Source: an uncultured Fibrobacteraceae bacterium (lineage in GTDB: Bacteria > Krumholzibacteriota > Krumholzibacteriia > LZORAL124-64-63). Taken from it: a DNA stretch of 64,000 nucleotides. The stretch spans positions 93,076-157,075 of the forward strand of contig CAZGEC010000002.1 in the NCBI GenBank assembly GCA_964524645.1, written 5' to 3'. The translations under genes were made by a program, and so were the position numbers. Positions within the stretch are counted from its first letter, which is position 1. Each line of letters starts with the position of its first letter. The notes beneath the pieces were generated by a model. It had not been told where the DNA came from. It ran no database searches and saw only the letters and a list, made by a program, of their open reading frames with translations. This document shows positions 29,401 through 39,165 of this stretch, one piece after another.

Positions 29401-30774
29401 CTAGCCGTGCTTGTAGATGTTGATGCCCTTGACGTTGACGAACTCGCGCAGGCCGTACTTGGACAGCTCCCGCCCAATGCCGCTCTTCTTGACCCCGCCG
29501 AAGGGCATGCGCGGATCGGACTTGACAAAGCTGTTGACGAAGAGGGTGCCGGCCTCGATCCGGCGCGCCACGCGCTCGCCCCGCGCCAGGTCACGGGTCC
29601 AGATGCTGCCGCCCAGGCCGAACTCGCTGGCGTTGGCCACCCGGATCGCCTCCTCCTCGTCCTGGACCACGATGACCGGGGCGATGGGGCCGAAGACCTC
29701 CTCCTTGACCACTGGCATGTCCGGCGTCGTGTGGCTCAGGACGGTCGGCTGCAGGAAGTAGCCCTCGCGATCCACGCGCTTCCCGCCGGTCACCACCTCG
29801 GCGCCCATGGCCACCGAGCGCGCGAGCTGGTCGAGCAGCTCGTTCAGGCCTTCCTCGTTCACGATGGCCCCGACCTGGGTGGCCTCGTCCAGGGGATCGC
29901 CCACCTTCAGCTCGCCCATCAGCTCGCCGAAGCGCTTGGTGAACGCGGGAGCCAGGCTCTCGACGACGATGAAGCGCTTGGCGGCGATGCAGCTCTGGCC
30001 CGTGCCCACCATGCGGCCCCGCATGGCGTTGTGGGCCGTGAACTCCACGTCGGCGTCCTCCAGCACGATGAACGGGTCGCTGCCGCCCAGCTCCAGCACG
30101 ACCTTCTTCAGGTTGCGGCCGGCGGCCTCGCCGATGCGCATGCCGGCGCCGGTGCTACCGGTCAGCGAGACCCCGGCGACGTGGTCGCTGGCGATCAGCT
30201 CGGCGGCCGTGGCGTGATCGGCCAGGACGGTGCGGAAGACGTCCTCCGGGAAGCCGGCCTCGCGGAAGGCATGCTCGATGGCGAAGGCGCAGGAGGTCAC
30301 GTTGCTGGCGTGCTTGAGCAAGCTGGTGTTCCCGGCGATCAGCCCCGGCACGGCGAAGCGGATGGCCTGCCAGAAGGGGTAGTTCCAGGGCATGATGGAG
30401 AAGATCACCCCCAGCGGCTCGAAGGCCACCAGGTGCCGCTCCCCATCGGCCTGGACCTTCTCCTCCTGCAGCCAGCCCGCGGCGTTCTCCGCGTAGACCT
30501 CGCTCAGCCAGGCGCACTTCTCCACCTCGCCGCGGGACTCGGTGATGGTCTTGCCCATCTCCATGGTGATGAGTTCGGCGAACCGGTCGCGATGCGCGTG
30601 CAGGACGCGCGCGAACTCCCGGAAGTAGGGCGCGCGCTCCTCTATGCTCAGCTCGCGCCACTTGCGGAAGGCGGCCCGGGAGCGCCCCGCGATCTCCAGG
30701 ACCTGGTCGCGGGACATGGTCTCCCAGGATTGGATGACCCTCGCCGTGGCCGGGTTGATGGTCTGGTACTTCAT
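29401..30774 (-). CDS. NAD(P)-dependent aldehyde dehydrogenase (succinate-semialdehyde dehydrogenase-like)
   Basis: ELGGSDP, GQSCIAAKRF (catalytic Cys) and the FGGVKKSG-type C-terminal motif. Start MKYQTINP. Confidence 0.85.
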   Translation of the reverse strand: MKYQTINPATARVIQSWETMSRDQVLEIAGRSRAAFRKWRELSIEERAPYFREFARVLHAHRDRFAELITMEMGKTITESRGEVEKCAWLSEVYAENAAGWLQEEKVQADGERHLVAFEPLGVIFSIMPWNYPFWQAIRFAVPGLIAGNTSLLKHASNVTSCAFAIEHAFREAGFPEDVFRTVLADHATAAELIASDHVAGVSLTGSTGAGMRIGEAAGRNLKKVVLELGGSDPFIVLEDADVEFTAHNAMRGRMVGTGQSCIAAKRFIVVESLAPAFTKRFGELMGELKVGDPLDEATQVGAIVNEEGLNELLDQLARSVAMGAEVVTGGKRVDREGYFLQPTVLSHTTPDMPVVKEEVFGPIAPVIVVQDEEEAIRVANASEFGLGGSIWTRDLARGERVARRIEAGTLFVNSFVKSDPRMPFGGVKKSGIGRELSKYGLREFVNVKGINIYKHG

Positions 30775-30945
30775 GCTGGCTCCTCGGGATCGGGATCCGG
30801 ATCCGGGCCCTCGCACGGCCCGCACGGCTCCCTATCTACTGGCAACCGTCCCCAGGCGCAACGCCGAACCGCCTCGCAACGGCCTCAGAAAGCGCGTCTC
30901 GGCGCCGGCCTGCCGCCCGGAGATGATCTTGCCACATCCACGTCC

Positions 30946-30961
30946 GCCCGTGCTATGATCC
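30946..30961 (+). promoter_or_regulatory. Extended -10 promoter-like motif GCCCGTGCTATGATCC
   Basis: 16 of 18 positions identical to the motif at 26858. Lies about 133 nt upstream of 31092. Confidence 0.35.
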
Positions 30962-31091
30962 GGCGGTGCTCCGGCTCGCCCGCAGCCCTGGAGTCCCGGA
31001 TTTGAATCCCCACGTGAAACAGGTCCGTGCATTCTACCCCGATGCTGTTCGGCCATGGTCGCGAGGTCGCTACCCCGACAGGAGGTAACCC

Positions 31092-32072
31092 ATGGGTCGG
31101 CGCTGGATCTCCTGCTTCGGCTTGCTCGGCCTGCTGATCTGCGCCGCTGCGTCCGCCGGCACTGTTTTCGAGCCGCCGGCGGTTCGCCTGACGTTCGATG
31201 CCGACGAGCGGATCCACCGTCCTCTGGACATCGTCTGGGACGAGCACGGGACCGGCTACCTGCTGTGCGAGGGCTCGTGCAAGGTGCTGGTGCTCGACGA
31301 GGCGTTCCAGATCGTGGGGGAATTCGGAGGCTGCGGCGAAGGTCCGGGCGAGATCGGCCGGGGCGTGAGCCTGGAGATACTGGGCGACCACCTCTACGTC
31401 TTCCAGCAGTACAGACTGGACATCTTCGACACGGCGGGCGAACACCTGGGGCGGGTCAATCTGGGGCGCGATGTCCAGGACACGGAGGTCTCCGCGCGTG
31501 GGATTCTCGGCAGCTCCCGGGACGGCGACCAGATGCTGACCGTGTTCGACCGGGACGGCGCCGTCGTGGGCGAGGACGGCCCGCAATGCCGGGGCGAGAC
31601 CTGGGACGAGAAGTACCGCAACTGCGGGACGATCACCGTCTTCGCCGATGATGGGGAAATCCTGGTGCTGGATCGCGTCTCGGCCGTGCTGAACCGGTTC
31701 ATCGGAGGACAGTGGCGCGAGAAATCCCTGGGCATCAAGAGCGGTAGGGTGTGGGAGGAGGGCGGGGCCGTGTACAAGCGCGCGGCCATTTCGGCCGTCT
31801 GCGGACTTCCTGGAAAGGGCCTGGCTCTGCTCCTCTACAAGGAAACCGAGAATGCAAACAAGCAGATCCTGGGCCTTCTCTCTCCGGACCTTGCGATCGC
31901 GAAGATCGCCGAGGTGGACAAGGAGCCGTCCATCCGGCGCCTGAAATTCTCGCCGCGAGGCGAGCTCTGCGTGCTGGACTGGCAGGCCGAGGTCAGGGTA
32001 TTCCCTCCGGAGCTGCTCGTTCCGTACCTTATGGGCAGGGGTGAGCAGGAACCGCGGAGGACGACTCCCTGA
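31092..32072 (+). CDS. Secreted hypothetical protein, probably a beta-propeller
   Basis: Signal peptide MGRRWISCFGLLGLLICAAASAG. RBS GGAGG. Confidence 0.55.
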   Translation: MGRRWISCFGLLGLLICAAASAGTVFEPPAVRLTFDADERIHRPLDIVWDEHGTGYLLCEGSCKVLVLDEAFQIVGEFGGCGEGPGEIGRGVSLEILGDHLYVFQQYRLDIFDTAGEHLGRVNLGRDVQDTEVSARGILGSSRDGDQMLTVFDRDGAVVGEDGPQCRGETWDEKYRNCGTITVFADDGEILVLDRVSAVLNRFIGGQWREKSLGIKSGRVWEEGGAVYKRAAISAVCGLPGKGLALLLYKETENANKQILGLLSPDLAIAKIAEVDKEPSIRRLKFSPRGELCVLDWQAEVRVFPPELLVPYLMGRGEQEPRRTTP

Positions 32073-32120
32073 ACCGGGGAGACCTTCGCGGGGTCCACGA
32101 GCTTCAGGACATTATCACCA

Positions 32121-34391
32121 ATGACGCCGCCGGGATGGGGAGGGGATTCCATGCCAGGCAAGCGGGATATTCGATTCCTGAGCGGACGGGCCGTCCTTTC
32201 TCTTCTCGTGCTTCTTCTGGCGTCCCAGCTGATCTCTTGCGCGCGCACGAATAGACCCCCCTCGATCATCTACGACGATGCGCTTGGCTACGACGCGGAC
32301 CGGGACTCCGTGGGAATCACTGCTTTCCAGGCGCTGCCCCCGTCCGAGCGGAAGGCACGGATCAAGGCCGCGGGGCGGTACCTGGACAAGGCGCACGAGC
32401 TGGAGGAGAGGGAGGCCTGGTGGTGGGAGAGGATGACGAAGGTCGACCTCAACCCGAGCAGCATCGACGAGCTGTTTCACGTCTACGGTGAAAGCCGCCT
32501 GGTGAACTGGACCCTGCACAACCTGACGCGGGCGGTTGGTCTCGATCCCTCCAACGTGGAGGCCTGGCACCTGCGCGCCAGGATCCTCACGGTCCTGGGA
32601 GACTGGGACCGCGCCGGCTCCTGCTACGACCGGGCGTTCGACGCATTGCGGGCGAATCCCCGCGAAGACGAAACGCAGATCCGTCTGAGGCTCGCCCTGG
32701 ACTACGCCTGGCTGTGCCGGGACATGGGCCTTCAAGACAAGGCGCTGTCCCTCGTGGATGTCGCACGGCAGATCGACCCCGACGACCAGGAGGCGGAACT
32801 GCTGGGGGGCCTGCTCAAGGCCGATGCCGGCCTGTTCGACGAGGCCATCGAGATCGCGGCGAACCTCGCCACCATTCCCTACGAGCGATTCGGCTTCGCT
32901 CATGCGCGCTCCGATTACGGATCCCGCTGGATCATGGCCATGGCCTATCTCCGCCAGGGCGAGAGCCAGCTGGCCTGGTACATCATGGGCGAGCCGTCCA
33001 CGACGGGGCTCACCATGCCCTACTTCAACCATTACTGGAACGACATGGGGCTGGTCTCCGAGATGGCTCAGAAGATGGGAGAGGCCCGGAGATATTACTA
33101 CCTGGCGATGGCCTTCACCCCCTACTCGATCTACTTCCCCTGGATCAAGTACTACGGCCTGCAGAGCATCGACGGGGATCACGATGCCGAGATCCCCATG
33201 TACCTGTCCTACGACCGCTATTACGTCTGCGGATCACTCTACTTCTTCGGGACGTATCTCGTCGCCGGTATGGCCAATTCGCAACATGCCTGGTACAAGG
33301 GGCAGGCGGCCTCGCTGGCGAAAAGCGCCCTCGATGCCTGCATCAACCGAGGCATCATGGGGCCGCAGGCGCTCAGCGTCCGCGCGCAGTACTTCATGCA
33401 GTTGGGCGAGTACGACGCGGCGAAGGCCGATCTCGTCCACGCATACGAGCAGTTCGCGAAGGGGGGCGAGGGCGACGCCTGGACCTGCATGTATCTCGGT
33501 CAGGTCGAGATGAATGCCCGGAACTACCCGTCGGCTGAGACCTACCTGCGCAAGGCCGTGGCGATCGACTCGACCCTGACCCAGGCCTGGCGGGCCCTGG
33601 GCGTGGCGCAGATCAACAGCGGCGACCGGACCGGCGGCCGGCGCTCCTTCGACGTCGCGATCGAGCAGGATCCCACCTCCGTGACGGCCTGGTACAACCG
33701 CGGCTTGCTGAGTTGCAACGAGGGCCGGTGGGCCGACGCCTGTCAGGACCTGCTGGTGGCCACCCGGCTCGCCCCGGAGAACGAGGATGCCATCCACCTG
33801 CTGCAGGCCGCGGGCCGACAGCTGGCGAAGTCCGAGGGGCGGGGCGGGAGCGGCTCATCCAGCGTGAAGGTCGTCGACGTGGATGCGCTCGAAAAGACCG
33901 CCGGCGGCGCGCCGAGGAGTGTGCCGGGAATGACCGTCCCGGGCGTGGGATCGGTGAGAAGGGCTGAGGGGAAAGCGGTTCCCGAGGTCCAGATGGACAG
34001 CCGGGAGTGCCTGGAGAAGTACCGTGCCGAGCCTTCCGTGGAGAACCGGACGCGGCTGGCGAGGGCCTACCTGAGCGAGGACGTGCCGGACGAGGCCCTG
34101 AACCTGCTGCTGCCGCACTGGAACCGGGATCTGACGAGCGAGGAGATGCTCATCGTCCTGCAGATCGATCGGGGACGAGGCGACGCGAACCGGGCGCGGC
34201 AGCTGATCAGCGAGATGAAGAGCGGCACCCGGGACATCCAGGATCCCATGGTCTGGGCCCTCGCGGCCTTCATCTGCCTCGATACCGGCTTTCCGGCCGA
34301 TGGCCTCTCCGCCCTGGACCGCGCCATCGAACTCGACCCCACCAACGTCTCCCTCAAGAGCTACAGGATCATCCTCGAGAAGAACCTCTGA
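32121..34391 (+). CDS. TPR-repeat lipoprotein
   Basis: Lipobox LISC. Multiple TPR-like helical repeats. Confidence 0.75.
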   Translation: MTPPGWGGDSMPGKRDIRFLSGRAVLSLLVLLLASQLISCARTNRPPSIIYDDALGYDADRDSVGITAFQALPPSERKARIKAAGRYLDKAHELEEREAWWWERMTKVDLNPSSIDELFHVYGESRLVNWTLHNLTRAVGLDPSNVEAWHLRARILTVLGDWDRAGSCYDRAFDALRANPREDETQIRLRLALDYAWLCRDMGLQDKALSLVDVARQIDPDDQEAELLGGLLKADAGLFDEAIEIAANLATIPYERFGFAHARSDYGSRWIMAMAYLRQGESQLAWYIMGEPSTTGLTMPYFNHYWNDMGLVSEMAQKMGEARRYYYLAMAFTPYSIYFPWIKYYGLQSIDGDHDAEIPMYLSYDRYYVCGSLYFFGTYLVAGMANSQHAWYKGQAASLAKSALDACINRGIMGPQALSVRAQYFMQLGEYDAAKADLVHAYEQFAKGGEGDAWTCMYLGQVEMNARNYPSAETYLRKAVAIDSTLTQAWRALGVAQINSGDRTGGRRSFDVAIEQDPTSVTAWYNRGLLSCNEGRWADACQDLLVATRLAPENEDAIHLLQAAGRQLAKSEGRGGSGSSSVKVVDVDALEKTAGGAPRSVPGMTVPGVGSVRRAEGKAVPEVQMDSRECLEKYRAEPSVENRTRLARAYLSEDVPDEALNLLLPHWNRDLTSEEMLIVLQIDRGRGDANRARQLISEMKSGTRDIQDPMVWALAAFICLDTGFPADGLSALDRAIELDPTNVSLKSYRIILEKNL

Positions 34392-34417
34392 CGATCACCA
34401 GCTCTTTCAGCGCGGTT

Positions 34418-35050
34418 TCACTCCTCCTGGCTGCGGTACAGCGCCTTCACCGCGCCCCAGCTGCTGGCGATCACGGGGACGACATCGACGTTCACGCCCG
34501 CCACGGGCACGTCGTAGGAGGCCGAGGAGGGTTGGAGCGGGACAAGGGTTCCGGGCACGCCGTCGTTGGCTTGGTAGAATGCATGGATTCCATCGAAGGG
34601 ATCGATGGGGGGAGGGGGCTGGATGTACAAGCGGCCCCATTCGTCGAGGGAGTGCACGACGATGCCAATCTCGACGACGGGTATGGCGTAGGCCCACGGG
34701 ATCGGTGGTGCTGCCCCGAGAATCCAGTATGGATCACAGTTCGGAATCTGAATACCGCCCATGAGTGACCACGAGCACCAGTCATAAATCGTTCCCTCCA
34801 TGACGCCGTGGATGCCGATGCCCTGGACGCCGCTCTCGCCGCTGATGTTGATGAGCACGAGGTAGGCCATGACCGTTTGGTGTGGCTCCGTGGTGTGGAA
34901 GGTGGTGGTGAGCCCTTCCTGGTCGAAGTAGATGCCGACGATGTCCTGTTCCTCGGCCGTGGCATGGCCGGCGGGGAGTAAGACGAGGAGCGCCGTCAGG
35001 ACGACCGGCATGACGAGGACGCGCCCCTGCAGCGGGTATCTGGAGAGCAT
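34418..35050 (-). CDS. Secreted protein of the GVKxxYR-tail family, with the shared N-terminal module
   Basis: Start MLSRYPLQGRVLVMPVVLTALLVLLPAGHATA with a GGAGG RBS. N-terminal module DIVGIYFDQ...AYLVLINISGESGVQGIGIHGVMEG. The WGAVKALYR tail is followed by SQEE. Confidence 0.75.
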   Translation of the reverse strand: MLSRYPLQGRVLVMPVVLTALLVLLPAGHATAEEQDIVGIYFDQEGLTTTFHTTEPHQTVMAYLVLINISGESGVQGIGIHGVMEGTIYDWCSWSLMGGIQIPNCDPYWILGAAPPIPWAYAIPVVEIGIVVHSLDEWGRLYIQPPPPIDPFDGIHAFYQANDGVPGTLVPLQPSSASYDVPVAGVNVDVVPVIASSWGAVKALYRSQEE

Positions 35051-35281
35051 GGGAATACCTCCCCTTCGGCATGGACTGCATGATGGCCTGGATGAGAAGA
35101 GTGCGGCCGCTTTGTAGACTTGGATCTCGGCTAATAATCGTGAGCGCGCGTGTCGTTCTATTTCCAGTATGGAGAAGTTCCACTGATGTAATGCCGGAAC
35201 TGCGGGATGGTTGCGGCGAAAATGGGTCGAGTGGCGGTGGCTGAAGTGCAAGAAATGTAACAATGCGCGTGGTTGGGGCGG

Positions 35282-36103
35282 CTACAGGCCCAGAACCTTG
35301 CGCTCGTCCTCGAAGTTGCTGGGCAAGATGCGGATCAGCCAGCCCTCGCCGTAGGGGTCCTGCAGGGCGGTGGCGGGATCCTCGAGCAGCTTCTGGTTGA
35401 CCTCCAGGACCTCGCCCGAGAGGGGGGACCAGACGGTGTGGCTGCGCAGGTCGGCGGAGAAGATCTGCAGGCAGACGGCGCCCTGGGCGAGGACGTCGCC
35501 CACGTTCGGCAGGTCGATGTCGCGGACCACGCCGGCTCCCTTGACGAAGGAGGCCTCGACGCCGATCAGGACGCTGCCGTCCTTCTGCATCATCATCCAG
35601 CTGTTGTGGCCCAGGGTGCGCAGTCCGGGCCGCGCCGTGGCCTGCTGGGCGGCGCCGTCCCCGGCGGCCTGGCCGGCGGCCTCGCCGTAGGGGGTGCCCT
35701 GCTCGACCTCGGCCACGAGGTGCAGCGCCCGCTGCACGATGCCGCGCAGCTCGGCCCTGGTGAAGGGCTTGGCGATGTAGTCGAAGGCCCCGAGCTTCAT
35801 GGCCTGCATGGCGGTGCTGATGGTGGCGTAGCCGGTCACCATGACCACCGGGATGGCGGGCCAGCGCTCCTTGATGCGGCGGGTGAACTCCAGGCCGTCC
35901 ATGTCCGGCATCATCAGGTCGGTCAGCACCACCTGGATGCCGCCCTGCTCCAGGCGGGTCAGCCCCTCGCGGGCGTTCAGGGCCGTCTCGATCTGCAGCG
36001 GCTCCTTGCGCAGCAGCTTGCGCGCGCTGTCCAGGACGATCTGCTCGTCGTCCACGAAGAGGATCGACAGCGGCTCCACACCTCGGTCCTGCTTCTTGCT
36101 CAT
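35282..36103 (-). CDS. Response regulator: CheY-like receiver fused to a glycine-cleavage-H-like (lipoyl-fold) domain that lacks the lipoyl lysine
   Basis: REC domain DDE..D..K (FVDDEQ...TDLMMPDMDG...KP). The C-terminus aligns with GcvH (HNSW..GV...VG..LPNVG...G.....SPLSGEVLEVN..L...P..LQDPYGEGWL), with K replaced by D at the lipoylation position. Confidence 0.8.
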   Translation of the reverse strand: MSKKQDRGVEPLSILFVDDEQIVLDSARKLLRKEPLQIETALNAREGLTRLEQGGIQVVLTDLMMPDMDGLEFTRRIKERWPAIPVVMVTGYATISTAMQAMKLGAFDYIAKPFTRAELRGIVQRALHLVAEVEQGTPYGEAAGQAAGDGAAQQATARPGLRTLGHNSWMMMQKDGSVLIGVEASFVKGAGVVRDIDLPNVGDVLAQGAVCLQIFSADLRSHTVWSPLSGEVLEVNQKLLEDPATALQDPYGEGWLIRILPSNFEDERKVLGL

Positions 36104-36149
36104 CTCCGACCTCTCTGTCCTGGCACGCCCTGCGGCTGCCGCTCCTCCG

Positions 36150-37964
36150 TCAGTAGTGGGCCACCGGCAGCACGACGCGGAAGAGGGCGCCGCCCTGCGG
36201 GTTGCTCTCCACCTCGATATGACCTCCGTGCCGCTCGACGATGCCCCAGCTCACCGCCAGGCCGAGCCCGCTGGTGGCCTTGGTGGAGTAGAACGGTTCG
36301 AAGATGCGCTCGCGCAGCGGCTCCGGCACGCCCGGCCCGGTGTCCAGCACGCTCACCCAGCACTCCTCGGCGCTTTCCTGCCGCCCGCTGGCGATGGTGA
36401 TGGCTCCGTGCCCGTCCATGGCGTCGTTGGCGTTGATGATCAGGTTGAGCAGGACCTGCTGGAGCTGCCGCGCGTCGGCGGTCACAGTGAGCGCCTCCGC
36501 GGCCAGCTGCTTGGTCAGCGCGATGTCCCGGAAGCGGGGTAGCTTCTCCACCAGGGCGAGCGAGCGCGCCACCACCTCGTTCAGGTCCACGGTCTGGAAG
36601 ACCGGATCCTGCTGGCGGGAGAAGTCGAGCAGGTTGCGCACGATCGCGCGGCAGCGGAGGGTCTCGCGGACGATGACCTCGTAGTCCGCGCGGCGGGCGT
36701 CGTCGGGCGCGGCGTCGTCGCGCAGGTCCTCGGCGTAGGCCAGCACGCCGGTCAGCGGGTTGTTGATCTCGTGCGCGACGCCCGCGGCCAGCTTGCCCAC
36801 GGCGGCCAGCTTGGCCGACTGCAGGAGCTGCTTCTGCAGCTCGTGCTCCTGGGTGACGTCGCGGGCGATGGTGGCGACCCCCTCCACGTGGCCCTCGAAG
36901 TCGAAGAGGGGGAAGCGCACCGTCTGCAGCACGTACTCCTTGCCGCCGATGATGTAGCGCTCGCTGAAGGTGCGGTGCTCCCGCTGCTCCATCACCTCGC
37001 GGTCGTGGCCGGTGATCGTCCTGGCGATCTCGGGCTCGTAGATCTCCTCCGCCGTGCGGCCGATGAACTCCAGGGGATCGCGGCTGAACAGCGCCGCCGA
37101 GGCGGGATTGTAGACCAGGTAGCGCCCTTGCTTGTCCTTGATGGAGATGATGTCGTGGGCGGACTCGATGAACTGGCGGAAGCGGCGCTCCGACTGCTCC
37201 ACCTCGCGCTGCAGCAGGATGCGCTTGGTCACCGGATGGTGCGTCTCCACGACGTTCACCAGGTGGCCGGCGGCGTCGTACTGGGGGGAGGCGGTCACCT
37301 CCCAGTAGCCGTGCGTCGGTTGGTGGCGCTCCACGATGCTGGCGACGGGATGGCCCTGCGCCACCGCCTCCTCGAAGGGGCAGCCCTCGCGGCCGACCCG
37401 CTGCGGATCCAGGCTCGCGTTGCAGAAGACATCGCGGCAGCCGTGGCCGATGGCCTCGCTCAGGGGGACGCCGCAAGCGTCGCTGAAGCGGGCGTTGGCC
37501 TGCAGGATCTGCCGGTCCTGGTCGAGCACGATCACGATGTCGGGCAGGCTGTCGAGGATGTGCTGGGCGCGGGCGCGGTCGGATTCGAGCTTCTGCTCCA
37601 GCTCCGCCCGCGCGATCAGCTCCTCGCGCAGGGACTGCTCCATGGCCATGACGTCCCAGAAGACGCGGGCCGAGGCGTGGTCGATGACGCGCACCCCCAG
37701 CGGGAGCCGGTGGTAGATGTCCGCCAGGATGCCGTCGTCGCCCGTCAGCTCGACGACCAGCTCGATCCCGGGCAGCTCGATCGCCTCGATGTAGTCGGCG
37801 AGCGTCTGCAGGCCCGCCTCTCGCGCGTAGACGAGGCCCGGCGCCTCGGGATCGGGATCGGCGACGCTGACCACCTGCATCTGCAGCTCGCGCAGGTGAC
37901 CGGCCTGCAGGAGCTTCAGGATGGCCCGGCAACCCCGGCCGCCGCCGACGATCACGGTCCTCAT
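36150..37964 (-). CDS. Sensor histidine kinase: N-terminal Rossmann-like domain, PAS domains, HisKA and HATPase
   Basis: MRTVIVGGGRGCRAIL. PAS repeats. H-box HEINNPLTG. N/G boxes. RBS GGAGGA. The start overlaps the upstream gene's stop (ATGA). Confidence 0.85.
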   Translation of the reverse strand: MRTVIVGGGRGCRAILKLLQAGHLRELQMQVVSVADPDPEAPGLVYAREAGLQTLADYIEAIELPGIELVVELTGDDGILADIYHRLPLGVRVIDHASARVFWDVMAMEQSLREELIARAELEQKLESDRARAQHILDSLPDIVIVLDQDRQILQANARFSDACGVPLSEAIGHGCRDVFCNASLDPQRVGREGCPFEEAVAQGHPVASIVERHQPTHGYWEVTASPQYDAAGHLVNVVETHHPVTKRILLQREVEQSERRFRQFIESAHDIISIKDKQGRYLVYNPASAALFSRDPLEFIGRTAEEIYEPEIARTITGHDREVMEQREHRTFSERYIIGGKEYVLQTVRFPLFDFEGHVEGVATIARDVTQEHELQKQLLQSAKLAAVGKLAAGVAHEINNPLTGVLAYAEDLRDDAAPDDARRADYEVIVRETLRCRAIVRNLLDFSRQQDPVFQTVDLNEVVARSLALVEKLPRFRDIALTKQLAAEALTVTADARQLQQVLLNLIINANDAMDGHGAITIASGRQESAEECWVSVLDTGPGVPEPLRERIFEPFYSTKATSGLGLAVSWGIVERHGGHIEVESNPQGGALFRVVLPVAHY

Positions 37965-39007
37965 GGCGCGTCCTCCGGTGGATCCTGCGCGGTGTCCGCG
38001 GCGCCGGGCGGCCTCGCGGCCGCCCCCGCGGGGAAGCTGTCCAGCGCGCCGCCGAGATCCGCGGCCACCTGGCTCATGCGCTCGTAGTAGTCCGTCGTCG
38101 CGTGCGAGAAGCGCATCAGCACGTCGTTGAGCGCCCGGGGCAGATAGGGGAACAGCTTCCGCAGGTTGATGATGCGGTACTCGTAGAAGGCCGAGGCGTC
38201 GTCCGCGGTCAGGCTGTTCTTCACCGCGTCGGGGAAGGCGTCCGAGCGCAGGACCTGGTGGAAGGATTGTATGCCCTTGCCGACGATGTAGGCGAGGACA
38301 TTTCCGATGCTCCAGATGTCGAAATCGGAGAAGTCCTGCTTCAGGTCGAAGTCGATCCAGCGGAAGCGGTCCGTGCGCCGGTCGATGAGGAGGTGATCGT
38401 TGCGGATGTCGCCGTGGCAGAGCTTGTGGTCGTGCAGGATCTGGATGGCCTCGATGCTCTCGATGAGCCGGTGCAGGAGGTTCTGCATCTCGCCGAAGCA
38501 ATAGGCCTCGTGCGGCTCCTGCCAGTTTTGGATGTGCTGGAAGATGCTGGGGCCGGGGATGACGTCGAGCACGCGGACGTCGTTGCCGGCGCTGTCGAAG
38601 ACGGTCTCGCCCTGCATGAAGCGCATGTCGCCGTACACCAGGGCCAGGACCTCGCTCTCCTTGGCGGGGCTGCGGTAGCAGCGGATGCGCAGGGGCCCGA
38701 TGCGGACCACGAACTCCTCGTGGAAGACGGTCTTGACGATCGCGTCGGCTCCGCTGCCCAGGTCGACGGTGCGCAGGACCCAGTACTTGGGCTGATCGCT
38801 GATGCCGAAGCGCGACTCGTAGGCGTGCCCCATCACGGCGAGCAGCCGGCCCCCCAGGTCCAGGACATGCCCGCGGTGCATGTCCATGGACTCGGTGGTG
38901 TCGGTGAGAACCTGCACGCCCCGTCGCGGGGTCCACCCGGTCAGCTCCTCGATGCGCCGGGCCAGCCCCTCCAGGTCGTAGCGTGTCTCGCCGGGTGCGT
39001 CGGGCAT
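37961..39007 (-). CDS. Atypical protein kinase-like / phosphotransferase-fold protein
   Basis: HGDIRNDHLLID catalytic-loop-like motif and DFD. Translationally coupled to the HK gene. Confidence 0.6.
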   Translation of the reverse strand: MPDAPGETRYDLEGLARRIEELTGWTPRRGVQVLTDTTESMDMHRGHVLDLGGRLLAVMGHAYESRFGISDQPKYWVLRTVDLGSGADAIVKTVFHEEFVVRIGPLRIRCYRSPAKESEVLALVYGDMRFMQGETVFDSAGNDVRVLDVIPGPSIFQHIQNWQEPHEAYCFGEMQNLLHRLIESIEAIQILHDHKLCHGDIRNDHLLIDRRTDRFRWIDFDLKQDFSDFDIWSIGNVLAYIVGKGIQSFHQVLRSDAFPDAVKNSLTADDASAFYEYRIINLRKLFPYLPRALNDVLMRFSHATTDYYERMSQVAADLGGALDSFPAGAAARPPGAADTAQDPPEDAP

Positions 39008-39165
39008 GATTCTTCCCTCGCGGGGGCGATGGTCTCGCCGGCCGTGTTCGACGCGGTCGGTGGCCGGGCCGCGCGCAAGTCGAGCCGACGCGGGCCCTCT
39101 CTCATCGTACCATGGCCCGCCGGGGGCGACAAACCGCGGCTGGCAGGGGCTGGCGGCGGCCGTGG

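Noticed and set aside
30990-31030. GGATTTGAATCC palindrome resembling a tRNA T-arm (GGTTCGAATCC)
   Set aside because: No acceptor, D or anticodon stems could be built around it, so it is not a tRNA. It is probably a regulatory dyad or a chance palindrome in the 5' UTR of gene 31092.
36150-38936. 928-aa version of the histidine kinase ORF
   Set aside because: Only the C-terminal 604 aa, from MRTVIVGGG at 37964 with a GGAGGA RBS, are protein-like. The upstream 324 codons overlap the kinase-like gene in another frame and are Arg/Pro-rich.
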